Positions 38,346 to 50,906 of a DNA stretch of 64,000 nucleotides are shown here, piece by piece (within the stretch, counting starts at the first letter, position 1; each line of letters starts with the position of its first letter). A program made the position numbers and the translations under genes. The DNA is taken from the NCBI RefSeq assembly GCF_006345805.1, contig NC_043009.1, positions 36,518,001 through 36,582,000 on the forward strand, written 5' to 3'. This DNA comes from Octopus sinensis. Taxonomy: Eukaryota. Under the pieces are notes generated by a model. That model ran no database searches. It worked only from the letters and a program-made list of their open reading frames with translations, and was not told the DNA's origin.

Positions 38346-39661
38346 ACTAGTTTCTTTTGTTAAACTGGAGGACACAATCTGCTCTGAAGTAAGTAGCTAT
38401 TTCACAGACTTAGGCCTCTTTGTTAGGTTATTCTACACCAGCTATATTGATAATGATTTCTACAGATAAAGAGAATGACATCCTTAGTATCAGCACTAGG
38501 GAATTTACCAAGTAACAAACATTTTTTCAAATTTCTTATTCATAATTCAGGGGATTGACTAGTCACACAAAAATCTTAAAGATCAGTGAGTGGATAAAAG
38601 CAAATTAACCACAGTTCTTTTTTTTTTTTTAAAGCCTGGTACTTATTATGTGAGTCTCTTGCCAAACAGCTAAGTTACAGGGACATAAACACACCAATTC
38701 CAGTTGTCAAGCAGTGGCGAAGGACATGTTCATGCACAAACACATAGATATATACATATATGCATATTGGTAAAATGAGACATACTTATCTACATGGCCG
38801 AAACAGCTGTAAGATGTAATCTATACTTATATTTATATTTACTTATATTTATATTCTCTTTTTTATATATATTCTACTTATTATACAACATTACTCTTTT
38901 ATGTACACTTTTTTATGTACATTCCTTTGTGTACACTGATTTGTTCTGCTTTTTTATGTTTAACACTACAGTCTCTTATGTGGTGGTTTAATAAAGTATG
39001 TGATTGAGTATTATCTGATAATTGACATTTGATTTAGATGTATTTCTCCATTTTCTTATCTTGTATGTATATATATATATATATATATATATACGATGGG
39101 CTTTTTTCAGTTTCTGTCAACTATATCCACTCATAATGGGCCATCAATATTAAACTGATTTTTAGAACAAGGCAAAGAGTTAGGGGTTGGCTCCACCTTT
39201 ACCATGGGTTGGCTTGGTACTGCAGTGCTTCCATTTATAGGTGCAGGCATGGGTGTGTGGTAAGAAGCTTGCTTCTCAACCACATGGTTCCACGTTCAGT
39301 CCAACTGTGTGACACTTTGGGCAAGTGTCTTCTACTGTTGCTTCAGGCTGACCAAAGCCTTGGGAGTGGATTTGGTAGATAGAAACTAAAAGAAGCCTGT
39401 TGTATATACATATATATATATATATATATATAGTTTTTTTATGACCACCTCATATGTATACCCCATGCTACTAAAAGTTTCATGCACATGGAACCAACAT
39501 ACATTCTTCAGGTGGTAGCCAAACCATTGGACTTAAGTAGTTTAAATACTGGACCAAATTTAAAAACGGGGTGAAAAATCCCAATACTGGAACAGATTAT
39601 GTGGAAGATACCATTAAGTTGACTATGCAGAATGTAAACTTTGAAATGCAACAATCGAATG

Positions 39662-40012
39662 GTGGAGCACCGCCTTTAATCGAGCAACTCGACCCTGGAA
39701 CTTATTCTTTTGTAAGCCCAGTACTTATTCTATCAGTCTCTTTTGCTGAACCGCTAGGTAACAGGGACATAAACAAACCAGCATCGGTTGTCAAACAATG
39801 CTAGGGGGACAAACACAGACACACAAACACACACGCATATATATACATATATACGACGGGCTTCTTTTCAGTTTCCGTCTACCAAATCCACCCACAAGGC
39901 TTTGGTTGGCCCAAGGCTATAGTAGAAGACACTTGCCCAAGGTGCCACGCAGTGGGACTGAACCCGGAACCATGTGGTTGGTAAACAAGCTACTTACCAC
40001 ACAGCCACTCCT
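39662..40012 (-). mobile_element. SINE family B
   Basis: Reverse complement of family B, with the tail truncated. Confidence 0.88.
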
Positions 40013-40014
40013 GA

Positions 40015-40092
40015 CATACATACATACATACATACATACATACATACATACATACAACATACATACATACATACATACATACATACATACAT
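40015..40092. repeat. (TACA)n microsatellite
   Basis: Read directly from the sequence. Confidence 0.95.
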
Positions 40093-40286
40093 AATCAGAA
40101 AATGGAGAAAACCTCAAATCAATAAACACACCTGTTGGACCACATTTCTAGCATATTATTTAATACAAACCACAACAAAACATTTATGTCACATAAATGT
40201 TATGTCATGTTTTGTATTAAATAAGCTATAAATGTGGTTCAACAGGTGTGTTTGTTGATCTGAGGATTTCTCCATTTCCTGATTAT
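40091..40286. repeat. Palindromic foldback, about 196 bp
   Basis: Arms of about 97 bp, largely complementary, centred on AACATTTATGT-C-ACATAAATGTT. Confidence 0.88.
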
Positions 40287-40995
40287 TTATATTTGTTTCC
40301 TGATAAACTTTTGTTTATATTCTGTTGTTACCTGTACTCTATGAGCATAGAGTGCCTGCATACCCATGCCCAGAGAGAAAATGAGTAACAGATACCGATA
40401 GTATATACAGATATTTTATCCCTTAGTCGGTTATAATAACCACTAACTCTACTTACATGTGTGTGTGTGTGTATGTGTGCATGCGTGCGCATGTGTGTGT
40501 GTGTTTTTGTGTATAATGAACCGTGGGCAGCTCTTCAGCTGACCAGTTCCTCTCAAACTGTTTAACCCATGCCAGCATGGAAAATAGATGTTGAATGATG
40601 GTGATGATGATGATATATACCTATATATATACTATATAGAGGGCATTATTACACATAAATGCCACACGCTAGGAGGGACTTTTAAAGTCATAACTACCAA
40701 AAATAAACAAATCGTACCGAATGCAGCTCTCGAAGCAAGACATTTAATAACAGAATTTAGTTCCAGATCACCTGTGATTTCGCAATTAACGTATTATCTA
40801 CGTCTCTTGCTCTTCAGTGAAACGAATTCAAAATATATCATGAATGAACAAAACCAACATACCAGGCGGAACCAGACAGACAACCGTCGCCTCCATCGTA
40901 GCATATGAAAATGTTCACCCCCTCATATATTTATGTAGGGAATACTTGATAAGTGTAAGCACCTGTATATGCCAGATAGTGGCAGAGGTGAGAGA

Positions 40996-41086
40996 ATATA
41001 TCAAACATAAATTGAAAACAGAACACAAAAGATATCGTGCACTGCGATATCCATTGTGCTCTGTTTTCAATTTATGCTTGATATAT
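40996..41086 (-). other. 91-bp hairpin, near-perfect on the minus strand (pre-miRNA-like or foldback)
   Basis: 42-bp arms with 4 mismatches, three of which become G-U pairs on the minus strand. Confidence 0.5.
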
Positions 41087-42939
41087 ATATATAAATTTTT
41101 GTTTCAGCCATTTGACTGCGGCCATTTGACTGCGGCCATGCTGGAGCACCGCCTTTAGTTGAGCAAATCAACCCCAGGACTAATTCTTTGTAAGCCTAAC
41201 AATTATTCTATCAGTCTTTCTTGCCAAACCACTAAGTGACGGGGACGTAAACACACCAGCATTGGTGTGTATATCCATATATATATATGATGTACTTCAA
41301 TTAATTAATTAATGATCTGTCTTTGTTTTTTAAGTATACTATTTTATAACATATTTTATTACTGTGATTCTCTTTTAGTGATTTATTTATCTCTACTTTA
41401 CCAAGTCCAGTAAAATCTGTTACACTGAGGATGTCTCTAAATACTAAAACATACATGAAGTTATCTCCCTTACTTTCAGTAAAGATTTAAATGATATCAG
41501 TCATTGAGATAATGTTCTGCTGTCCTCACTACATTAGTATTTTTAATTCTGTTTTTGATTCCTTGGGTTAAACATGTTCAGCCCTCTCTACTTAACTGTA
41601 GATAACATAAAGGATCACCAGCTCAGTAGATACCAGATCAAATCTATTGTAGGCATTACATTTTGTTTTGGAGCTGAAAATTACATTCTACATCACTTCA
41701 GTTCATCTAACAGGTAACAAAACTAGATTTTCAGTGAAATGGTCCCTAACATTGAGCAAACAGGTGCACAACTGATCCTCTTTACCACACCAGTAAATAG
41801 GATAAATAATATTCTTATGTTAAGGTGGGGAGCTGGCAGAATTGTTAGCATGCTGGGAAAAATACTTAGCAGCATTTTGTTTACTTTTATGTTCTGAGTT
41901 CAAATTCTGCCAAGGTCAACTTTGCCTTTCATCTTTTCAAGGTTGATAAAATAAGTACCAGTTGCACACTGGGGATCGATGTAATTGACTTATCCTCTTC
42001 TCGTGAACTTGCTGGCTTTAATACCAAAATTTGAAACCAATATTCTTACTATGTGGTTAGGACAACAATAATGGACTGGTAGAGTTGGTAAAGTGCCAAA
42101 CAAAATATATCATGGTATTTATTTATGTCTCTTTATGATTTGAGTTCAAATTTCACTAAGGGTTAACTTCGTTTTTCTCCTTCCCTGTCAGTAAAACAAA
42201 CACAAGCTGTAAACTGGAGTTGATCTAATTAACTGTTCATATTTCCAAAGTTGTTTCCCCAAACTATTTCTCCTCCCCCTCCTCCTTGCAGTATGTATTC
42301 TAAACGTACAAGTAATGGAGTCAATTTTTCTTCCTCTTCTCTCTGGAAGAAATTATTTACTGTTAAGAACTTTTTCCCTAAATATGTGTTTCTGAAATTG
42401 GAGTGTGTTTAAAACGCCTATGTATCTTTTATACCATCAAATACAGCATGTCTAAACCTGGCCCAAACAGGATTGGGTTCCACCAAATTTAAAATGTTCA
42501 AAACATGCCATAAGTCACAAGAGTATCACAATTCTATCAGGAGTTGATAACTCATGGAAGGATCTCTATACAACTGCCCTCACCTTTTCTTGTCTCTCTC
42601 CTTAGCCACCATTTATCTCCTCTCAATTTATTGTCCCCTATTTTAAAAGACATTCCATGCATCATTCCAACCATCTCATTACAAGAGGGCTACAATTATT
42701 GGAGCAATAAATCTAATTTGGATTCAGTTTAGAAAAATCATTTATTATTTCTTTTAAATCTTGTGGACAATACAAGAATGGACTGGAGAGTTCATCAGCT
42801 GACTATGAAGAAGTGATGCCATAGCTGTGAAATCTTACATGGCCACAGTCATATAACTGAAACAAGTATCTCTTATGATAAAGGGCAGATTTTCTCTGCC
42901 TGTGACTATGTTTCTTTTTAATACAATTGTACAATATAG

Positions 42940-43399
42940 AATTTCTTCAATTGGAATTTACCTATGATTTTTCGAAGTAGATTCGATTGGGTCATGGCAT
43001 ATAAATTTTTTTCAATTTGACCCCCAATTAAACAAAAATCCGAGAAAACTAAATATTTTACGATTTGCCTCTCTCATTTCAAGTGCTTCACTCCTTCTAT
43101 TACCACACTTTCTCCTACTTTCTCTTTGCAAGTGTACCTTAAACCACTACTCAAAAAAAAAAAATACAGAGGAAACAGAAACAAATAAATACATAACGAT
43201 TTACTCCTCACACAATTTCTTCAATTGGAATTTACCTATGATTTTTTGAAGTACATTCCACTGGGTCATGGCATATAAATTCCTTTCAATTTGACCCCCA
43301 ATTAAGCAAAAATTCGAGAAAACTCAATATTTTATGATTTCCCTCTCTCACTCCAAATGCTTTACTCCTTCTATTACCACACTTCTCCTACTTTCTCTT
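42940..43399. repeat. Direct duplication of about 188 bp (42940-43127 and 43214-43399)
   Basis: Shared AATTTCTTCAATTGGAATTTACCTATGA...TGGGTCATGGCATATAAATT...CTCCTACTTTCTCTTT. Confidence 0.88.
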
Positions 43400-43509
43400 T
43401 ACACACATATACATATATGACAGTGACAAACACAAACGTTTCAAACAACTACATACAAACACTCAAACACACACACACACACACGTGTGTGTTTGTTATT
43501 AGTAAAAAA

Positions 43510-43820
43510 GGCGCCAAACACAATTCACTTTCTCATTCGAACACATTTGCAAACACACACCAACAATTCACTGACATATGGTGAGTAGATGCTAGCCGCT
43601 CACATTATGAGTTACACTATTACACCAATTGTACTGGGACTGTTGTCTACTTCCTGTTAGTTTTTAGTGTCGAGGAAACAAAACTTTCTCTCGAGAAATA
43701 ACAAAAAAAAAAACACTACTAGACTTTAAGAAACGATAGGAACTAAGTTCAGTTGAAGAAAAGAGACGGATTTAAGGAAATCAGACAGTCGAATTGCCAT
43801 GATAACTCAACAGAAAAGGT
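43510..43820 (+). promoter_or_regulatory. Candidate promoter / first exon
   Basis: Non-repetitive and relatively CpG-containing; ACTTCCTG ETS-like motif near 43648; donor-like ATG|GTGAGT (43580) and gccATG...AAG|GTAAAT (43799-43818). No partner exon identified. Confidence 0.3.
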
Positions 43821-43923
43821 AAATTGGTTTTTAATTTACATTCTGTCGCTAAGTTTTCGTAGTATTAATTTGCGAGCGTACTTCAGTTGTCAATTGTTGA
43901 AAGAAAGAAATTGTAAGCTAAGA

Positions 43924-43924
<1 letters not shown>

Positions 43925-43968
<44 letters not shown>

Positions 43969-44002
43969 CGTGTGTGTGCGTGCGTGCGTGTGTGTGTGTG
44001 TG
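43925..44002. repeat. (GT)n/(GCGT)n microsatellite
   Basis: Read directly from the sequence. Confidence 0.95.
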
Positions 44003-44097
44003 TAGGAAGTGAAGGATAAAAATATGGCAAGAAGTGGACAGATGTACATATATACATACATACATACATACATGTGTGTGTATTAATGTGTGTGTTA

Positions 44098-44485
44098 TCT
44101 CTCTATATAAAGCTGAAGTTGTCTGTGTGCGCCAGGTTTGGTAGCCTTCAACTAACACTATCTCTTCCGAGACCCTGCGGTGCAAGTTGACCAAAATTGA
44201 GAGTATGATAGAAGAAGGGTTGCTCTTCCTTCCGTAGAAGATAAAATTCAAATCGGACCATGTTAACACCAAAAATTATTTACATCAAAAAGGTGCTTTT
44301 TTTATGAAAATCCCTATTTTTTACGATTTTTTCACTGCTGTGTCGCCACTTTTCGGTGTATTTCAACCAGAAAAATGTTCACTTGAAGAGAATAACAAGC
44401 TACATAATGCAAAATTTTTACTTTTAAAAAATTCCAATTCCAGCGGGTCGAAACAAACCCGAGCAACGCCGGGTGATACTGCTAG
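44098..44485 (+). mobile_element. Non-autonomous Helitron
   Basis: A|TC start, CCCGAGCAACGCCGGG hairpin, CTAG|T end. Confidence 0.85.
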
Positions 44486-44976
44486 TAAGAAATAAAAGAA
44501 AATTTGGTCATATTCCATGAGAGTATCTTGATCAGCCTATAAACTTTTCAGTCGACCCTCATAGCGTTATTGATTGTAGATTTTTCAATAATCCAGTCAC
44601 AGAATCATTGTATTTATGATGTTGACAAGGGATCTTTTCTGAGATCTGGGCAAAACAAATAGCACAAAAAGTGCTTTCGCTTGAATACATTGGCTGATCA
44701 CTTTTCAATTTTTGGTTGATATACAAAAGCAGAAGATATGCAAACACAATACGGAGGGAAATGAAAGAAGTAATTCAAATGGGTCATTGATATCCAAGTT
44801 GTATTAAGGTCTTTGTGTGGAGGTTGGAGTGAACTAACTTCCCTGTATATATATATATATATATATATAAAGTTAATCCAAACAAGAAAACACAGAAAAA
44901 AAGAGAAAAAACACAGCAACGCGAGGACGTGGAACAATTAAAGTATTATTGACGCTCAGGAAAGAAGGGAAGGAGG

Positions 44977-45011
44977 GTTTAACGTTTCGAGCGGAGCTCT
45001 TCGTCGGAAAC
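44977..45011 (-). ncRNA. Minimal hammerhead ribozyme motif, U4C variant
   Basis: Minus strand: GUUU-CCGACGA-A-GAGC UCC GCUC-GAAA-CG-UU|AAAC; stem III is the palindrome ACGU. Confidence 0.55.
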
Positions 45012-45607
45012 AAGGAGAAGGAAAGATCCCAAGAAGGGAAGACAGAGGAAAAAAATATTTTTGCTGGTGGTGCTCAAGAGATCACATGTTGAAAGAACAG
45101 AAGTTGAGAGGTAGACGAATCATGATTTTTAAAAGCAAGAGAGTTTCAAAAAAAAGGGAATGTGTGTGGGTGCATGTGTGTGTGTGTGCAAGGGTGATAT
45201 ATATGTATATATACATATAGTAGGTCTGGTTTCCTGCCATTTGATTAAGATTATAAAGATTAAAAATAAAATAGTGATTTTGTCCTTTAAGAAAAAAGAA
45301 TCAAGTTGACACTTCAAAGAGTTGTTGTTGGTCTGTCCTTTTTTCTTTTTACTTCCCTTAATCATTTATAGAATTTTCAAACTTGAAAGACAGAAATTCT
45401 CCCTATATTTTTATAGGATATTTTTGAATCATGGGTACTTGATTTTTTTTTTTCTTAAAGGGAAAAATTACTATCTTATTTAAAACAAAATAATATTCTC
45501 TATCATCTTAACCAAAAGGCAGAAAAACAGACAGAGAGTCTTTCTCATTATAGATGAAGATCAGTTGCAATGGAAGGAGTTGAATCTCATTAGAATGGAT
45601 AAAAAAC

Positions 45608-46075
45608 AACAAGAAATGGGTTGTACCTTATAATGAAATTCTTTTAAGAGTATTCAAATGTCACTGCAACATTGAAATTGACCTTAATGAGGTCAATTAA
45701 GTATGTCATCACGTGCATGCTGAAAGGAAATGACCGAGCAGCTGTTCAAATAAACAATAATGAAATTAGTCAATATCTAATGATTATACTAGACCATCTG
45801 AAACTGTCACATCCATTTTAGGATTTTCAATTCAGGAAAGAGCACCTGCAATAGTGAGACTGCAAGTTCATCTACCGGATGAACAAAAGGATATTGCTCA
45901 CAAATAATGAGGATATGTATGGCTGTCAATGAATGACATATGAGAACAAACATTGACAGAATTCTTTTCATTGTGCATCAATGATAACATTTCCAAAACA
46001 TTACTTTATGCTGAAGTACCCATGTATTTCACTTAGAACAGTAGTAACAAAAAATGTCAAAGAAAAAAGTGAGAA
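45608..46075 (+). mobile_element. Helitron Rep/Hel coding remnant
   Basis: Hand translation across frameshifts gives NKKWVVPYNEILLRVFKCHCNIE, IKYVITCMLKGNDRA, IQERAPAIVRLQVHLPDEQ and KTLLYAEVPMYFT, matching conserved Helitron Rep motifs (WVVPYN, KGxDR, VRLxVHLP). Confidence 0.85.
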
Positions 46076-48050
46076 AAAGTTGAAGACTATTTTAATGTTT
46101 TCAAAGAAGAAACAGTTGTCACACCAAATGCAGGAGAACTGTATTATTTAAGAATTTTATTGCATGAAGTTTGAGATAGTGTTTTTTACCTTTCCTGCCA
46201 TGCATTGACATTTTTAACTTTGAGTAGTTGTGACCCAATGGATCATGGTGGGTACATCTAGTACATATATATATATATGTATATATAAATAAAAGTAAAA
46301 ACTTACTGTGTACAAGGCTGTGTGGCGTTCGATTATAAATAAAAATAATTATAAAATACATCAAGTACAGGACATCACCAATGAGTGAAAAATACATAGA
46401 CACACAAGCGATAGGTACAGGACAAATTACCAAAAAATATACAATAAGAAAAAGACATCACCAACAAGTGAAAAATATGTAAATACGTAATGAGAGACAA
46501 GCATGGGACAAAATACCACAAGAAGTCTAACCCCTCCTCAGTGGTCAACAGTTAATTACTCCCTATTTTGAACTTTCAGTGATAATATACACTCTTTGAC
46601 AGAAAGGAACACAGAAATAAACAGGGAGAGAAAATAGGAAAAGGTTTAGTGGCCAGCGATCTATCATGGTGAATACCGGACATAGGAGAGCTAAGAAGAA
46701 GGGGAGATAATAAAGTAGTGGTGATCCTGAAACGAAGGTGTGCATGTGTGTGTATGTGCGTGTGGAAGGGGGCTGGTGACATTGATGTGTGTGTGTGTGC
46801 ATGTGTAGGTGTGTGGATGATGGTGTAGGTGCTGGGAAGTGGTCAGTGCTAGTGTGTGCAGAAAAGCAATGAGAGGAAACTTGAAAGGGAAACTGAAAGA
46901 CAGATTTGTTAAATATGACAGCCAATAAAATTAGAGTAATTAGTTTAGCTTTGTTGAAGTTGTCATTCAAAAGATATCTGATAGTAAAACTAACTGAAGA
47001 TAGGAGGATAATACAAATGGAAACCATAAGTTGCAGAATTGAGAAAATGAAAATTAAGTAAAGTTTGGAAAGCAGTGAAATAGTGTTTGGATGGCAGCAG
47101 TGTTGTGGTGTGTCATTTAGTTTGATGTATGTTGTGTACAGGAAGTGAATTATAAAATAGATCAATGGATTGATGACAGGAAAGTAGGTGAAATGAGTAT
47201 TGGAGATGCTTTGCCCTTTGTAGAAACTGCAGGAGCTACTTATGAGATATTGGCAATCCCTTCTTTTGATGGTGGCCAAAGTTATTGCATTGTTGGAAAC
47301 TCTTCTGTATCTTCAGCAGTTATCCCAGGGTCACAGCGATATTGCACCTTAACCTGTACACTTTGCCTGAATGGGGGTCAGTGATCTGAACTATCTCTCA
47401 CCTAAAAAAGTGTTCCACCTGCAATTGCTTGGCAACTATCTTTAGTTTGTTTAAGCTGCTATGGCTGTCACCTTTGTGATTTTCTTCATTTGACTAGATT
47501 CCACACCAATTATCTGCAGGAAATACCTCACTGATCTTGCTGGAGAATTGCAGCAGCCAACTTTATATTATCTTGTGTTAAATATTCTAGAAAGAATTGT
47601 ATTTGTAACAGAGGACTGAGCCGTATAGACTTCAGTTTTGAATATATGTACCTGTCTCAGAATATTCAGTACTTCCATCATTTACTCCCTATCACATATC
47701 CCTCTCATCACAGTTGTTCATACCTCTATTATTTGTGCTTCTCGTGCTTGCAAGAGAGCAAAGATGCAAGGTTGTGAAGTTTTATTAATTGTATTGAGGA
47801 CATAACTTATACATATATATGTATATATATCTATACATATGTGTCTTTGTATTTGTGATTGTTCACCACCACTACCACTTGATGACTGCTGTTGGTTTGT
47901 TTACCCTCATAAGTTAATGGTTTGGCAAAAGTGACTTATAGATTAAGTTCCAGGTTTAAAAAATAAGCACTATATTCAATTTAGTTGACAGAACCTTTCA
48001 AAGCAGTACCCCAGCCTGGCTGCACAAACAAGTAAAAAATAAAAGATTAT

Positions 48051-48303
48051 ATCATCATCATCATCATCATCATCATCGTACTCGTTTAACATCCGCTTTC
48101 CATGCTGGCATGGGTTGGACAGTTTGACTGAGGGCTGGCAAGCCAGAAGGCTGCACCAGGCTTCAATCTGATCTGACAAAGTTTCCACAGCTGGATGCCC
48201 TTCCTAATGACAACCACTCCAAGAGTGTATTGGTGCTTTTTACAAGCCACCAGTACAGGAGCCAGTCAGGCGGCACTGGCAACGACCACACTTGAATGGT
48301 GCT
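48051..48303 (-). mobile_element. Family A RTE-tailed element
   Basis: (CAT)n followed by the reverse complement of the 3' block. Confidence 0.85.
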
Positions 48304-48327
48304 TATATATATACATATATATATATA

Positions 48328-48384
<57 letters not shown>

Positions 48385-49710
48385 GTCAATAAAACACATA
48401 TCAGAAAAGAAGTACACTCTAAAGAATAGAGCAGTAAGTATTTATTAAAACAAGAAGTTAAATTCTGGTCATTGAGTTACCAATGGTTTTGTATCCATGA
48501 AAGCCACTGCTTGTCAGACTCTATACAAAAACAAAATTGAACTTTCTACCACGTGGATGTGAGAAAATGCTAGGATAACAAGACTTAATGGCTAACGTAT
48601 AAAAATGTTAATGAGGATGGTTTATCTTCCTTGTACCACAGTATAAGAAACCTTTACATACTCATGATATATATATTCTTTTATTCTTTTACTTGTTTCA
48701 CCCATTTGACTGCGGCCATGCTGGAGCACCACCTTTGTTGTCAGCGAATCATACATATGAAACAGAAGCACATTCTAAAAGTTAGAGCAGTAATGTATTT
48801 ACATGAATTAGATATATGCCTGGTCACAGAGTGAGCAATGGTTTCACATCCATGAAGCATTTAGCTTTATAGATGACTCATCAGACTCCAAATGCTGAGG
48901 GCGTATAGGCTCTCTTCAAACTGGAGATAGAAAACTCATAACACTCCATATTATCTGAGAGAAGGTGACTTTCATGATTATGTAGATGTGTGTAATGGTG
49001 GTAGAGCTATCAAACACAAACCACATGGTGGCTTTTGTAAGATACTCTGTGTCTAGGTCGTGAATGGATTGTCAGTGGATCTTACACCTGAAAAAAGAAG
49101 CACACTCTAAAAGTTAGAGCAGTAATACTTCCAGTTTGAAAAAAGGCTACATTCTTGCTGCCACTGGAGTCTGACGTGTCATCTATAAAGCTAAGCACTA
49201 TATATCTATATATATAAAACTCAACTTGTGTGTCTGTGTGTGTATCTGTGCGTGTGTCTGTGTGTTTAACTTCCCGGCACATCTCCTCCTAGCCAACAAA
49301 TCATAGAACCACAAAAAATGGGTCACTTAAAGTTTAGGCGACTGAAAATTGAACTGCGCTATTTCTGTTCTGAAATTCATCTCGCAAGTGCAAAAATCAA
49401 TAGTGTGTTTGTTTAGGCCTTATCCCATGCATCTTCCAACCCATGCTAGCATGGAAAACGGACGCTAAACGATGATGATGATGATGATGATGATGATGAA
49501 TAGTGAACTTTACTCAGTCAGCTGTTTGACGTGAACTGTGTTCACCACGCGTGCAAGCATGCGTAAATTGCATAAAAAATAAAAAATCAAGATATAAAAA
49601 CAAATCGCCGTAAACATTGTAGAAATTTGGCAAAGAAATGAATTTTCAGGATGTAGCCTGGAGGGTTTTTGTGTATTAATCATTTGGACTTTGTGAACAC
49701 ATACCAATTA

Positions 49711-50078
49711 TCTATATATATAAAGCTGAAGTTGTCTGTGTATGGCAAGTTTGGTAGCCTTCAGCTAACACTATCTCCTCCGAGACCCTGCGGCGCAAGT
49801 TGACCAAAGTTGAGAGTATGATAGAAGAAGGCTTGCTCTTCCTTCTGTAGAAGAAAAAAATTCAAATCTGACCATGTTAACACCAAAAATTATTTACATC
49901 AAAATGGTGCTTTTTTTCTATGAAAATCCCTATTTTTTTACCATTTTTTGACTGTTGTCATTTTTCGTGTATTTCAACCAGAAAAATGTTCACTTAAAGA
50001 GAATAACAAACTACATAATGCAAAATTTTTACTTTTCAAAAATTCTAATTCTAAAGCAACGCTGGGTGATACTGTTAG
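49711..50078 (+). mobile_element. Non-autonomous Helitron (same family as 44098-44485)
   Basis: A|TCTATATATATAAAGCTGAAGTTGTC start; end GCAACGCTGGGTGATACTGTTAG|T. Confidence 0.85.
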
Positions 50079-50906
50079 TATATATATATATATATATGTA
50101 AAAGCATTGATCATTCTATGATGACATATATTTAACTTCATGTAAATATATATATATATATATATATAGGCAACTTGGCATACACATACACACACACAAC
50201 CAATTCAAGTCATAAGATACTGGCTGGTTCATGCTTATAGCACAATAGGTGAGTGCATAGAAAGAGTGAACCCAAACCATGTGATTGTGAAGCAAAGCTC
50301 AGTTTTTAAGGTGCTTTGGTACCTAGGTTAGGTCGTGGAAGTGGTCTGCTTGGAGCCAGATTATTTGGTCTTGCTGCATGCTGCTCCCAAAATAAACAAT
50401 CACAATATTCAGCTTTTTGTAACATGTTTATTTACAGACATATGTTACAATAGTTAATTTATGTAAGCTGTTATATTGAATACGAGTTGCTAGTATGTGA
50501 AAGGGGAAAATGTATTTGTGCTTGGTGAGAAGAGAAAATGTTAACTCTTAGTGCTTAGTGAGAGATGATCTTTTAACACAAGGTCAGAGTGACATTGATA
50601 CCAGCAAACCCAGAAAACCTTTATGAGTGCTCTCTCTTTCTCGTCTGCCATATTCTGTGGTTGTATATCTCATGCATCTCAATTTATAACCATGATTTGA
50701 CACAAAACTGAAAAGGATTTTCCATTGGATCACACCACCATTAAAATTGCATCAGAACAGCTATTGACTGAAATATGGGCAAAGATCACTTGGTATGTTG
50801 TGGCCTTCATTTGCTACTGGATTGAAAAGGTTTCAGATGCCAAGCACTATTACAATGTTTCATGATGGGCAGTGGATGAGAAATAAAATTCTCCTTAGAC
50901 AGTATT

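Noticed and set aside
41602-41713. Open 112-bp segment between AG and GTAACA (DNIKDHQLSRYQIK...)
   Set aside because: No recognisable homology and no phase-compatible neighbouring exon; could be chance.
46563-47279. 238-aa minus-strand ORF
   Set aside because: Low-complexity, microsatellite-containing sequence with no recognisable domain; probably a decayed repeat.
50580-50792. Coding-like stretch ending TG|GTATGT
   Set aside because: Stops occur in all frames near 50693-50711 and no acceptor or homology was found.
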